DNA from: a virus
Taxonomy: Duplodnaviria; Caudoviricetes
Virus record (IMG/VR): IMGVR_UViG_3300020043_003543
Span: 1-26,174 of that record
DNA length: 26,174 nucleotides
Direction: 5' to 3' (one strand)
Part shown: positions 15,808 to 24,293 of the stretch, piece by piece
Layout: each line of letters begins with the position of its first letter
Position numbering within the stretch: the stretch's first letter is position 1
Program-made: the position numbers and the translations under genes
Notes under the pieces: generated by a model
What the model saw: the letters and a program-made list of their open reading frames with translations, nothing else
Database searches by the model: none
Told to the model about the DNA's origin: nothing

Positions 15808-15831
15808 GGCCCCGGCGATTAAGCCGGGGCC
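15808..15831. other. GC-rich intergenic hairpin without a U-tract
   Basis: GGCCCCGGC-GATTAA-GCCGGGGCC, a perfect 9-bp inverted repeat. Confidence 0.6.
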
Positions 15832-15837
15832 GGTTGC

Positions 15838-16266
15838 TTACGCGATGCGGTAGATGGAGTACGTGGCGTCGCCGGTTTTGCGCCAGCGGAAGGTGCCAGA
15901 CGTGTTGTTCGTCTTCGTCAGCGCGTCCTGGATCACGTCGTTGCCGACGAGGGTGTTGCCCGCGCCAGCCGTGAACGTGACGTCGTTGCCAGCATCGTCG
16001 CCGATGTTGATGAACGCGCAATCAAAAGTTGAGCCGACCTTCAGGCTGGGGAACGCCGCGTCAAGAAGCGCGCCCGTGGGGAACACGTAGGTTCCCGCGG
16101 AAGTGCTGCCCGAGTCCATTGTGCAAACGCCGTTAGCGAGGTTTGCTGCGGTGATCGTCACCGAAGCGCCGGTCAGCGCGTCGGGAGCGTTGGTGTTGAA
16201 AAAGCTAACTTCGCCAAGATTGCCGTCGCCAATCTGGAAGCCGCCTGCACCGTTAGAAAGAGGCAT
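15838..16266 (-). CDS. Putative capsid decoration (cement) protein
   Basis: Directly downstream of coat B; GAGGFQIGDGN N-terminus, PTGALLD and FRWRKTGDATYSIYRI; AGGAG RBS. Confidence 0.65.
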   Translation of the reverse strand: MPLSNGAGGFQIGDGNLGEVSFFNTNAPDALTGASVTITAANLANGVCTMDSGSTSAGTYVFPTGALLDAAFPSLKVGSTFDCAFINIGDDAGNDVTFTAGAGNTLVGNDVIQDALTKTNNTSGTFRWRKTGDATYSIYRIA

Positions 16267-16292
16267 GTTCGTAATCTCCTAAAACTGTTCCG

Positions 16293-17498
16293 TTAGCCCC
16301 AGAGACGCACGGCCATCTGCGGACGAATGACCGAGTAGCCGTAGAGGACGTCAATACGGCAGGGGAGCCTGTCGTTGTTGATGTCGTACTGGCGCACGAT
16401 CCTGAGCGAGATGCCGTTGTGAACCTGGCGCGAGGCCATGTCGACGCCCTGCGGGAGCATGAGGTCGGCGGTGGCGAAAGTGATCGCGTCCTTGTGGTAG
16501 ATCAGGTTCTGCGGGTACTGCGTGGAGGCAGATCCGACGAACGTGACCGCCGCAAGGTTGACCGGGAAGCTGTCAACGGTCGCAAGCGCGTTAGCCGAAG
16601 TGTAGATCGCGGGGCTGATGTTGACGTCCGTGAACTTGCTGGCCGCGGCCGTGTTGGCGGCGGTAACAACAAACTGCTGGAGCGATCCGGTCGACTCGCG
16701 GGTCTGCGGGTTGACGGCGTAGACGTTGGCAATGGTGAACACGTCGCCGACGGCCAGCGTGTGGCCGGTCGTGCCGTTGAGCGTGATTTTGGTGGAGCCC
16801 TGCGCGGTCATCGTGCCGTCCACGGTGATCGTGCCGGAGCGCGAGCCAGTGGTGAACTGTTTGATGGACTGGGACATGTTGATTTCTTCGTACCCAAGCA
16901 CGCCGGTGCCCATCAGTCCGTTCTTGAACTGGCGGGAGACGGTGTCGACCGGGTTAAAGAGACCCTTCATGCCTTCGACCAGGTTCGCGTTGGCGGCCGG
17001 GTTGACGGTCGCGTAGCGCGGGGACATGACGGCGGCGGATTCGTTCAGCTTCTGCTGCGCCTGAAGCAGGACCAGCGAGGTGCCCGGCGTGGTGCCCGGC
17101 GTGCCGACGGTGTTGAAGATCGACTTGAACGAGTTAGCGACGTCGGCGTCGATGCTGGAGGCAAGCTGCGAAATACGCGGCTTGAGCACGCGCTCGGCGA
17201 AGTCGTCGAGCTGCATGGTGAGCTCGGCGGTCGTGAAGTTGACGCCGATGTGCTTCTGGTTGTTGACGGTGAGCGTGGTGAACTGCTCGTTGTCGTCCTG
17301 CACCTGGAGCGCCGCGCCATCCGTGACAAGAGCACGGTCGGGCAGACGGATGCGGAGGGTGGAGCCGATCTTGGCTCCTTCAACGGCGAAGCTGTCGTCG
17401 TATTGACGGTTCACGTTGCGGGTGATGACGAGGTTGTTTTCGAGGATCTCCAGAGCTTTTCTGGTGATCATGTCGATAGTAAGAAGCGAGTTGGCCAT
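16293..17498 (-). CDS. Major capsid protein B, P22 gp5 (coat) family
   Basis: 401 aa: NRQYDDSF..GAKIGSTLRIRLP, LDDFAERVLKP, YHKDAITFATADL, RIDVLYGY; TAAGGA RBS. Confidence 0.93.
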   Translation of the reverse strand: MANSLLTIDMITRKALEILENNLVITRNVNRQYDDSFAVEGAKIGSTLRIRLPDRALVTDGAALQVQDDNEQFTTLTVNNQKHIGVNFTTAELTMQLDDFAERVLKPRISQLASSIDADVANSFKSIFNTVGTPGTTPGTSLVLLQAQQKLNESAAVMSPRYATVNPAANANLVEGMKGLFNPVDTVSRQFKNGLMGTGVLGYEEINMSQSIKQFTTGSRSGTITVDGTMTAQGSTKITLNGTTGHTLAVGDVFTIANVYAVNPQTRESTGSLQQFVVTAANTAAASKFTDVNISPAIYTSANALATVDSFPVNLAAVTFVGSASTQYPQNLIYHKDAITFATADLMLPQGVDMASRQVHNGISLRIVRQYDINNDRLPCRIDVLYGYSVIRPQMAVRLWG

Positions 17499-17510
17499 AT
17501 CCTTATGTCC

Positions 17511-18245
17511 TTAACGGTTGCGCATTGCCTCATACCTTCTGATCTGGCGCTGCCGTTCGGCTTCGATCCACTCGCTGGTCGACATGGACTTGATGGACCG
17601 TGGGTCCGTCGTGTCGAAGCTGGGGTTAGATGCAGACCGGGCAGTGACCGGAGCAATAGGCGCCGGGGCGGTTGATGTTCTTTTGACCGGTGGGCTGGCG
17701 GCCAGCTTGGCTTCCAGTTTACCGATTTCCTTAGCCTGCAAGACGGGCGGCAAACGAGCGATCCGTTCGGCTTCTTTCGGGTTCGTCCCCAGATGGTAAA
17801 TCAGGTCCGGCCCGACGTCAGACGTCTGAATCGTTTGCGCCATCACTTCCGTAATGGCCAGCTTGGGGTTGTACGCGACCTGTTCAAAGTCATCGTAGCG
17901 CGCCCGCGCTTCTTCTTCCCGTTCGTAGTAGGTCTCAAGAGCTTCGTTCTGCTCTCGCCGCGCCAACAGCTCCTGCGCCTTTTGTTCGGCGAGCGCCTCG
18001 GCGTATGCCCTGGCGTCGTCGGCGGTCTCAACAACCGCTGGAGGCTCTACAGGTCTGGCGGTTGTCGCAACGGCGGCTTTCTGCTCCCGTTCCCACTTCC
18101 GTTGTTCTCTTGCGAGACGTTTAGCAATGATCGAATCCAATTCCTCCTGAGTGAAGGTCTTGGGGGCTTCCGGCGTTGTTTCAACAGCAACAGGGTCTGC
18201 CGTAATGTCCTGCTCTGGCGCGGGCGCAACCGCTTCGTTTTCCAT
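17511..18245 (-). CDS. Scaffolding protein B
   Basis: Acidic, helical; KTFTQEELDSIIAKRLAREQRKWERE, GPDLIYHLGTNPKEAERIARL, and a C-terminal MSTSEWI motif; directly upstream of the coat gene. Confidence 0.85.
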   Translation of the reverse strand: MENEAVAPAPEQDITADPVAVETTPEAPKTFTQEELDSIIAKRLAREQRKWEREQKAAVATTARPVEPPAVVETADDARAYAEALAEQKAQELLARREQNEALETYYEREEEARARYDDFEQVAYNPKLAITEVMAQTIQTSDVGPDLIYHLGTNPKEAERIARLPPVLQAKEIGKLEAKLAASPPVKRTSTAPAPIAPVTARSASNPSFDTTDPRSIKSMSTSEWIEAERQRQIRRYEAMRNR

Positions 18246-18265
18246 AGATCGACCTCATCAGTCAC

Positions 18266-18323
18266 CTGGTGAACGCACCAGTACGTTAGCAAGTATTATC
18301 TGCCTTGCCTGACTATTCGTCAA
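18266..18323 (-). promoter_or_regulatory. Putative sigma70 promoter (TTGACG-N17-GATAAT) and leader hairpin for head module B
   Basis: Minus strand -35 at 18323-18318 and -10 at 18300-18295. Hairpin CTGGTG-CGTT-CACCAG at 18281-18266, then a GAGG RBS. Confidence 0.6.
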
Positions 18324-19894
18324 GCCAAGATGTATTCGATGGAAAGGGTCAGCGAATCGTTTTGCGCCCACGTAAACGGCACAATTGAGCTCGCTTGCCC
18401 TCCGTTATTGTTAGGATAGATGTAAATTTTATTGGCCCCAGCCCCAACATGGGCCGTTGCGGTAAACCAAGCCGTTCCGTTATCCAACATCCGTACAGCG
18501 CCGTTAGCTGCCGCTGCGGCGGTCCAAGTGCTAAACGGTGCGGGTAGCCTGAAAAACCAGTTGCCTGAGCCAAACGTGGTTGTGGAGCCCATTGTTAGCG
18601 TGATGTCGACTTTTAACGCGCGGCCTTGGCGAGTTACATACGTCGACAAGGTACCATTCCCCAGCGATGGCGCAGAGCTGTCAGCGCCCCATTCGGTAGT
18701 TGGAGAAGCGCCGGAAATGTCGTAAAACGCATAGTCAAGGATGTTCATGTTCGTGCCGGTCGCCGTGGAGTTATCTGTCCACGTTTGCCCCGCTTGCAGC
18801 ACGTTACCTGAGATGTTGTTGCGGCTAGCGGCGCCAGTGATGACGCCAGGACCAGCTATAACGCACCCGACAATAGCGCTATCGTTCCCATAAACCGTAA
18901 AGTTGCTGCCGCCTGTAGCGACGCGGACGCCGTTGACGACAGCTCTCAAGCTAACGCCTTCGGACCCGGAGAAATCAAGGTTGACGCAGTCGCCGCCGAT
19001 AATCTTGGTGTTGATGCCGCTGTTAAACCTCAGCAACCACGACCCGTCGCCGCGGCAATCGTAAAACTCTCGATAACCTATCGTGTCTAAGCTGGTCGGC
19101 AAGACCACGGCGGGGTTGGTGGTCGTCGTGCGCTGGAAATTACAGCCCACAAATTTGGATTTGCTGGCCGCGTCCGACACGCTGAAACTGATGCATGGAC
19201 CCGCGCTGTCGTAGATCCATACGTTGCTCATCGACTGGTAGTAGTTGGAGCCGTTGTTGTAGAGAACGGCAATGTCGGTGCTGGTGTTGGTGTAGGTAGC
19301 ACCCGCGCCGCGGAGGTCCAGATTAGTCAGGTTTGTCACCGCCGCAGCAGCGTTGATCATAGTCCCGGCAAACGCGCGTGTGATGGTCGGCCGACCGCCG
19401 ATCCCGATCAGCGTCTGAGCGGTCAGCAGCGTCAGCGTGCTGGTTAGCGAATAAGAACCAAACGGTATCTGAATTGTGCCGTATGTGCCTGCAACCGTAA
19501 TAGCGGACTGTACAGCCGCCGTAAAACCTGTCGCCAGGTTGCCAAACCAGTTCGCGTTGACCGGGCCGGACCATTGCCGTTTCCATCGAGCGCCGCTGGC
19601 GTCTACGATAATCGTCCCGTTGTTGTCCGCGCTGGTTGTGTCGGTCGAGTCCAGACGAAAAATACCCCCGCCGTCACCCGCAACATAATTTTGCGCTACG
19701 GCGACAATTGTCGGGCGCGACGTTCCCGTGCCCGTCCGCAGGCGGAGCGCTGCGATACTAGCCGACTGGCTGTAGTTAAACGCACTGTCCAACGGGGCTT
19801 GCTTGGTGACGCCGCTTTGCACAACAGGCAGCAGCTCCGTGCCGGTCAGCGGCGTCGTGGCAACGGGAAGCTGGGATATTTTTACGTCTGCCAT
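18320..19894 (-). CDS. Tailspike-like protein with a predicted right-handed beta-helix
   Basis: MADVKISQLP anchor, GDGGGIF..DSTDTTSADNNGTIIV...RWKR domain, VNANWFG...AVQSAI...IPFGSY pectate-lyase-like start, C-terminal beta-sandwich. Confidence 0.8.
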   Translation of the reverse strand: MADVKISQLPVATTPLTGTELLPVVQSGVTKQAPLDSAFNYSQSASIAALRLRTGTGTSRPTIVAVAQNYVAGDGGGIFRLDSTDTTSADNNGTIIVDASGARWKRQWSGPVNANWFGNLATGFTAAVQSAITVAGTYGTIQIPFGSYSLTSTLTLLTAQTLIGIGGRPTITRAFAGTMINAAAAVTNLTNLDLRGAGATYTNTSTDIAVLYNNGSNYYQSMSNVWIYDSAGPCISFSVSDAASKSKFVGCNFQRTTTTNPAVVLPTSLDTIGYREFYDCRGDGSWLLRFNSGINTKIIGGDCVNLDFSGSEGVSLRAVVNGVRVATGGSNFTVYGNDSAIVGCVIAGPGVITGAASRNNISGNVLQAGQTWTDNSTATGTNMNILDYAFYDISGASPTTEWGADSSAPSLGNGTLSTYVTRQGRALKVDITLTMGSTTTFGSGNWFFRLPAPFSTWTAAAAANGAVRMLDNGTAWFTATAHVGAGANKIYIYPNNNGGQASSIVPFTWAQNDSLTLSIEYILA

Positions 19895-19906
19895 CGCTTA
19901 CACCCG

Positions 19907-20170
19907 TTAGCCTTTTCTGGACTTGCTACCACTACACTTCCAGCGCTCGCGTGACAACCGTAGCGGGCTGTTGGGGTCTTTGGCGGCTTTAGGGAAGTCA
20001 CGCATCTGGCCTGCGCTGCGGGCACAGTACGAATCTCCTTTTGCCGTGCCCGGCTTGACCCGCGGGCCGCCGCCTTTAGCTTCACCCGCCTGACCGTAGC
20101 TGACTTTCTTGCCTTCAGCCGTAATTTTAACCTTGGCCTTGCCCTCGGCCGGGCGGGTGCTCTTAGCCAT
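19907..20170 (-). CDS. Small basic phage protein (SYCARSAGQ...SRERWKC; DUF6321-like)
   Basis: The ATG at 20170 lies 1 nt after the upstream stop; Lys/Arg-rich with a YCARS..Q motif. Confidence 0.7.
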   Translation of the reverse strand: MAKSTRPAEGKAKVKITAEGKKVSYGQAGEAKGGGPRVKPGTAKGDSYCARSAGQMRDFPKAAKDPNSPLRLSRERWKCSGSKSRKG

Positions 20171-20171
20171 T

Positions 20172-20330
20172 TCACTTCCCCTTCTTTTTCGCCGTCTTGG
20201 CTGACTGCACGAACGCAGTAGCTGTAGGAGCCCCTTTAGCTCCTGGCTTACGCATTTTCTCGCCAGACCCCGCCGCAATACGCTCACGTTTTGCGTGGAT
20301 ATTAGCGTACAACCCCGGTTTAGTCGCCAT
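20172..20330 (-). CDS. 52-aa highly basic phage protein (missing from the ORF track)
   Basis: Manual translation: MATKPGLYANIHAKRERIAAGSGEKMRKPGAKGAPTATAFVQSAKTAKKKGK*. GAGGA RBS; the motif is familiar from aquatic phages. Confidence 0.8.
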   Translation of the reverse strand: MATKPGLYANIHAKRERIAAGSGEKMRKPGAKGAPTATAFVQSAKTAKKKGK

Positions 20331-20333
20331 TGT

Positions 20334-20486
20334 TCAGTCCTCTGCCGGAGGCTTCGCCGCCGCTTTGATCGCCTGCATCAGGCCGACGATATCATCTTCC
20401 ATAGCCCGGATGCCGACTTGCTTGATCGCGATGTCGAGGAGGCCAACCAGGGCCTGAGCCTGTTCTGGGGTCAGATTGAGCGTCAT
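20334..20486 (-). CDS. 50-aa helical protein, possible fibre chaperone (missing from the ORF track)
   Basis: MTLNLTPEQAQALVGLLDIAIKQVGIRAMEDDIVGLMQAIKAAAKPPAED*; ATGA-coupled, GAAGG RBS. Confidence 0.7.
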   Translation of the reverse strand: MTLNLTPEQAQALVGLLDIAIKQVGIRAMEDDIVGLMQAIKAAAKPPAED

Positions 20487-20740
20487 TCCGCACCTTCAAG
20501 GACGGGCTCGGAAACAACTTCCGGGGCGGCTTCAGGAATGGGTTCAGCGGCAGGCTTCGGGAGGCTTGCATTGAACGCTTCCCGTGCGGCGGTAATGCCG
20601 CTTTCCACGTCCGCCGTGGAATACTGTCCTGCGTAGGATCGCGCGGCCATGTTCATGACGTGGGCGACGTAAGCCGTGTTGTCGGCGAACGGCCCCTCAG
20701 GGGGCGCGTAGTCGTCTGAGATTTCAAGGGTGTAGGTCAT
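20483..20740 (-). CDS. Small acidic protein downstream of the fibre gene
   Basis: AAGGAGG RBS; 85 aa. Confidence 0.7.
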   Translation of the reverse strand: MTYTLEISDDYAPPEGPFADNTAYVAHVMNMAARSYAGQYSTADVESGITAAREAFNASLPKPAAEPIPEAAPEVVSEPVLEGAE

Positions 20741-20753
20741 GGGGTAGCCTCCT

Positions 20754-21806
20754 TTATGCGGCGGTTATGACGGCGGTCCAAGCCGTGGCGCCGTCGGTGT
20801 TCACATACATTCTGTCGTTGGTCGTCGTGCCGTCTGAACGGAGGTAAAGCGACCCCTTGGCCGCGCTGAGAGTGGGAGCGCCGCTGCCGAAGAAGACGCC
20901 GAAATTAGATGTAGAGGAGACCACTACACCTGCGCCCGCTGTGCCGCCCGCTGGAATTGCTGTGTTAACGTGAGCCTTTAGCGATGCCGTGCTAGAAAGT
21001 TCTGCGGATATCAACTTTGCAAAAGCGCTGTCGTCCGCAAGGCGCACATGCATTTCTGCACCGGACCGCTTCAGGCTTGGGAAGCTGGAGGTCGAGCCGC
21101 CGAACTGGAGGCGGTTGAAGGCGGAGGTTGCAAATTCCCGCAATGTCACAACGCCTGCGGAAACACCTATAAACTCAACGGAGCCGCCTACGTAAAGACT
21201 GCCTCGAATGTCCGCGAGGCCCGCGACATAAACATTTCGCGGCCTCGTCGCGCCGCTCGCGCCGATGTCGTAGGTGTTGTCTGCGGCGGCGAGGAAGTGG
21301 CCTGAGCTATTTACATACCATCTATCACCGCCATTTGTGGTCAATATGACGTTTCCGGCACCTGTAGTCTTTAAACGAACGCTGCGAGCTGAATTGCCGG
21401 TTCCCGCTCCAACAGTTCCTACTTCAAAGAAGTTAGCTGTCCATTGCATGAACCCGCGCTCATAATTGCTCGCGTCCGTGTACGTGTTGTAAACCCTGAA
21501 CGTCTGCGCGTTCGTGCCGCCGCGTTGCTCAAGGGTACCAACACCATTGCTGATTAACCCGACTTGCGCCGATGGTCCGACATATATTACTGACGTCGCC
21601 CAGATGCTAGGAGCCTGCCATTCGGAGTGCGCTAGTCCGACCCCTGATTTTCTTAAACTAAACCGGCTCGATCCACTTGTCTGCAATTCCAACAGGTTTG
21701 AGTCCGCTGCGGAGGCGGTGTCGGTGACGTTCATCTTTATGGCGTTAAACGTGGTGCCTGCGGAGTCCCAGGTATCTGTGAGACTGTAAAGATATGCCTT
21801 AGCCAT
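20754..21806 (-). CDS. Fibre protein (head- or tail-associated)
   Basis: Ser/Thr/Gly-rich beta sequence, DNTYDIGASGATRPRNVYV fibre motif, C-terminal GSGAPTLSAAKGSLYLRSDG motif. Confidence 0.72.
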   Translation of the reverse strand: MAKAYLYSLTDTWDSAGTTFNAIKMNVTDTASAADSNLLELQTSGSSRFSLRKSGVGLAHSEWQAPSIWATSVIYVGPSAQVGLISNGVGTLEQRGGTNAQTFRVYNTYTDASNYERGFMQWTANFFEVGTVGAGTGNSARSVRLKTTGAGNVILTTNGGDRWYVNSSGHFLAAADNTYDIGASGATRPRNVYVAGLADIRGSLYVGGSVEFIGVSAGVVTLREFATSAFNRLQFGGSTSSFPSLKRSGAEMHVRLADDSAFAKLISAELSSTASLKAHVNTAIPAGGTAGAGVVVSSTSNFGVFFGSGAPTLSAAKGSLYLRSDGTTTNDRMYVNTDGATAWTAVITAA

Positions 21807-21815
21807 TGCGCTGCC

Positions 21816-21962
21816 CTATGTTTCCCGCTGATAAACGTGGTCGCCGTCGCGCTCTGACACGCGCTCTTCATCGCGGGTCAATACTTCCGTGTTCACCGTG
21901 ACCGCCAACGGCATCAGGTATAAAACCTGTTCCTGCAAAGCCAAGGAAAGCGTGTCACGCAT
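21816..21962 (-). CDS. 48-aa hypothetical protein, possible spike/fibre connector (missing from the ORF track)
   Basis: MRDTLSLALQEQVLYLMPLAVTVNTEVLTRDEERVSERDGDHVYQRET*; TGATG-coupled and fills the gap. Confidence 0.55.
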   Translation of the reverse strand: MRDTLSLALQEQVLYLMPLAVTVNTEVLTRDEERVSERDGDHVYQRET

Positions 21963-22213
21963 CAGTAAAGCGCCACAATGTCGGTTGCGTTCGTATTCGT
22001 CGAATTAACCCGCCGAGCCTGAACCGGAATGATCTGGCCAGAAGCGACGTTTTTGAACGTCACCGCCGTTGATCCATCCAGCGGCACAAGCGCCAAGTCA
22101 CCCGTGACCCCGATAAAGAACGCCCTGGCCGGCGTCGCGAGATCCACCGTGTCAGAAGGCGTCACCGCCACAAAGTTGAACGCGCTGCTGACTTCCTTGT
22201 TGCTCGTCGCCAT
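21962..22213 (-). CDS. Head-spike base protein, RcGTA Rcc01079-like
   Basis: 83 aa: AVTPSDTVDL...RAFFIGVTGDL...VTFKNV..GQIIPVQARRV.STNTNATDIVALY matches the family pattern along its length. Confidence 0.8.
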   Translation of the reverse strand: MATSNKEVSSAFNFVAVTPSDTVDLATPARAFFIGVTGDLALVPLDGSTAVTFKNVASGQIIPVQARRVNSTNTNATDIVALY

Positions 22214-23019
22214 TAGTAAAGGCTCCCTCGGCTAAAGACCTGAGACGGCATCCAGCGGAGCGCCTCGTCAAATTTCATGCGGTCAATCCGCTTGAACTGT
22301 GTGGAAATACGTGTCCGGCCCGTGTCCGCCATAGCCTGAAGCATTGGCGAGGGGCTAACCCCATATTCCGGCGCGATGATCATTCCAAGCAGGGATGCGA
22401 CGCCCTCATCATGATCCGGCCCGAGCGGCTGCTCATCCGTCAGCTTGAGCGCCGCTATATCGTTCCACGTCCGGTTCCATTGCGTAAACACAAACTGCTG
22501 AGAGGTTCGCATGGTCGTGGAAGAGACGGTCTGAGAGGGCGTGACCGTGTAAGTCCCAACCCCGCCCGCGCCTGTCCCGAGCGCCGTAATCGTCGTGTTC
22601 TTCGTGACCCCGGTGCCGTTGAAAATCTGCCCCACCGCCAGAACGCCGCTTGAAACGGCTGAAACCGTCATGGTCGTTCCAGATATTGAGGCAACGTAGG
22701 AAGGCGGAGCGCCATTGTTCAGAAGCTCAATCCGGGCGCCATTGCGCGGAACCCGGTACGTGATCCCGTTATCATCCGTCACCGTGGCCGGCAGGGTGAC
22801 GACATAGGTTCCCGTGTAACGGAAATCTTCCTCGCCCGTCTTCGAGGCGGTCAAAAGCTCATCGGTCAGCCGGCCCGCAATCCCTACGCCAGGAAGACGC
22901 GCCATCATGGCTTTGAGGGCGAGCAAAGCGTCAGCGGCTTGGCTGGCGGTTGGATCTCGGCCCGCTGGAACGGCTTCAATTAGCCGGAGCGCCCGCTTAA
23001 TGATCTCATCAACCGTCAT
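22213..23019 (-). CDS. Head-to-tail adaptor A, P22 gp4-like, with a beta-rich insertion
   Basis: [39 protein letters not shown]-terminus and [11 protein letters not shown]-terminus parallel the 14392..15102 protein. Confidence 0.72.
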   Translation of the reverse strand: MTVDEIIKRALRLIEAVPAGRDPTASQAADALLALKAMMARLPGVGIAGRLTDELLTASKTGEEDFRYTGTYVVTLPATVTDDNGITYRVPRNGARIELLNNGAPPSYVASISGTTMTVSAVSSGVLAVGQIFNGTGVTKNTTITALGTGAGGVGTYTVTPSQTVSSTTMRTSQQFVFTQWNRTWNDIAALKLTDEQPLGPDHDEGVASLLGMIIAPEYGVSPSPMLQAMADTGRTRISTQFKRIDRMKFDEALRWMPSQVFSRGSLY

Positions 23020-23033
23020 TCGCCCGCCTCGCG

Positions 23034-23070
23034 TAACAAAGGCCCGGACAGGCTGTTAACCCGTCCGGGC
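23034..23070 (-). terminator. Probable intrinsic terminator after coat A
   Basis: Minus strand GCCCGGACGGGTT-AAC-AGCCTGTCCGGGC stem-loop followed by CTTTGTT. Confidence 0.6.
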
Positions 23071-23087
23071 GCCCGTTCGTTAACCTC

Positions 23088-24287
23088 TTACGCCGTTGGC
23101 GAGAGGGCCGCAATACGTGCCGCAAGCTGGGCTCGAATGGTCTTGTAACCATAGAGCACATCCAGACGGCAGGGGAACGCATCGTTATTGATGTCGTACT
23201 GACGGATAACCCGGATCGAGATCCCATCATAAACTTCGCGCGCTGCGAAATCCACGCCCTTCGGCATCACCAAGTCAGCCGTCGCGAAGGTGAAGGCGTC
23301 CTTGTGATAGACCAGAGACTGGCCGTAGGTAGAAGAGGCGGTGCCAACGAAGGTAAGCGCCTGGTTATCGGCTGCGCCGTTCGAGACGTTCTGACGAGCG
23401 CCAGTCGCCACGATCGCCGGAGAGATAGAGATTGTACCGCCGCCGCCAGCATAAGCCGCCGTTACAACAAACTGCTGAAGGATGCCCGTGGAAACCTTCG
23501 TTTCCGGGTGGACCGCAAACACGCCCGCAATTGTAAACACATCGCCGACAACCATCGCGCCGGTTCCGGTATCGACGATGAGCGAAGATCCGGTCTGAGC
23601 CGTTGCAGCGTTCGTGAGGTAGGTCGTCGCCACGCGAGCGCCGTTTTGGAAAGTCTGGAGGTGCGAGGTTTCCATAAAGTCGAAGCCCGCGGCCTTGCCA
23701 ACCATGCCTTCGCGGTACTGCCGGGAGATTTCCGGAGCGGCGTTGAAGAGCGTCGAGAAAGCCGACACAAGGTTGGCCATATCGTTCGACGTCAGAAGAG
23801 CAGTTCTGTCCCCGTCCGGAGCAAGGTTATCCTGAAGCTTGCGGCGTCCCGAAAGGACGTTCGCATAAGTGATTGCGCCCGAGACGTTGTTAATCGTGTT
23901 GTAGACGTCCTTGTACATTGTGCCGAGCGCATCGGCTTCAATGTTGGACGCCAGGACAGCCATCGCCGGTTCAAGAATGCGGCGGCTGAAATCGTCAAGA
24001 TCAAGCGTCAGCTCGTTTGACGAAAAGGTCATATCCACGCCCTTCTGAGTGCTGACCGCAAGGTCAACCTTCGTCTCGGTCGTGTCCTGCGTTGACAGGC
24101 TCGTTCCGGTCCGGACCGTGTACTGGTTCGGGAGGCGGATGCGGAGCGTATCGCCAATCTTGGCGCCGCTCTGGGCAAACGAGCTGTCATATTGTCTATT
24201 GATGGAGCCGACGAAGGTAAGCTTCTGGTGAAGGATACGAAGCGCCTCGCGCGTGATCATATCCGGCGTAAGAATGGTATTAGGCAT
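23088..24287 (-). CDS. Major capsid protein A, P22 gp5 (coat) family
   Basis: 399 aa: NRQYDSSF..GAKIGDTLRIRLP, LDDFSRRILEP, YHKDAFTFATADL, RLDVLYGY; AAGGTGA RBS. Confidence 0.93.
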   Translation of the reverse strand: MPNTILTPDMITREALRILHQKLTFVGSINRQYDSSFAQSGAKIGDTLRIRLPNQYTVRTGTSLSTQDTTETKVDLAVSTQKGVDMTFSSNELTLDLDDFSRRILEPAMAVLASNIEADALGTMYKDVYNTINNVSGAITYANVLSGRRKLQDNLAPDGDRTALLTSNDMANLVSAFSTLFNAAPEISRQYREGMVGKAAGFDFMETSHLQTFQNGARVATTYLTNAATAQTGSSLIVDTGTGAMVVGDVFTIAGVFAVHPETKVSTGILQQFVVTAAYAGGGGTISISPAIVATGARQNVSNGAADNQALTFVGTASSTYGQSLVYHKDAFTFATADLVMPKGVDFAAREVYDGISIRVIRQYDINNDAFPCRLDVLYGYKTIRAQLAARIAALSPTA

Positions 24288-24293
24288 GGATTA

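Noticed and set aside
16419-17675. 418-aa plus-strand ORF opposite coat B (and 23304..24020 opposite coat A)
   Set aside because: Antisense shadows caused by strong codon bias; no recognisable motifs.
57-20287. Longest-ORF starts in the track (57, 611, 2021, 3477, 4217, 9451, 10833, 11693, 13814, 20287)
   Set aside because: Downstream starts fit RBS position, stop/start coupling and domain boundaries better.
16293-24287. Two coat genes as an exact duplication or collapsed-repeat artefact
   Set aside because: The copies differ throughout in protein and DNA, sharing only short stretches such as TTGATGTCGTACTG. A chimera of two different phages is still possible.
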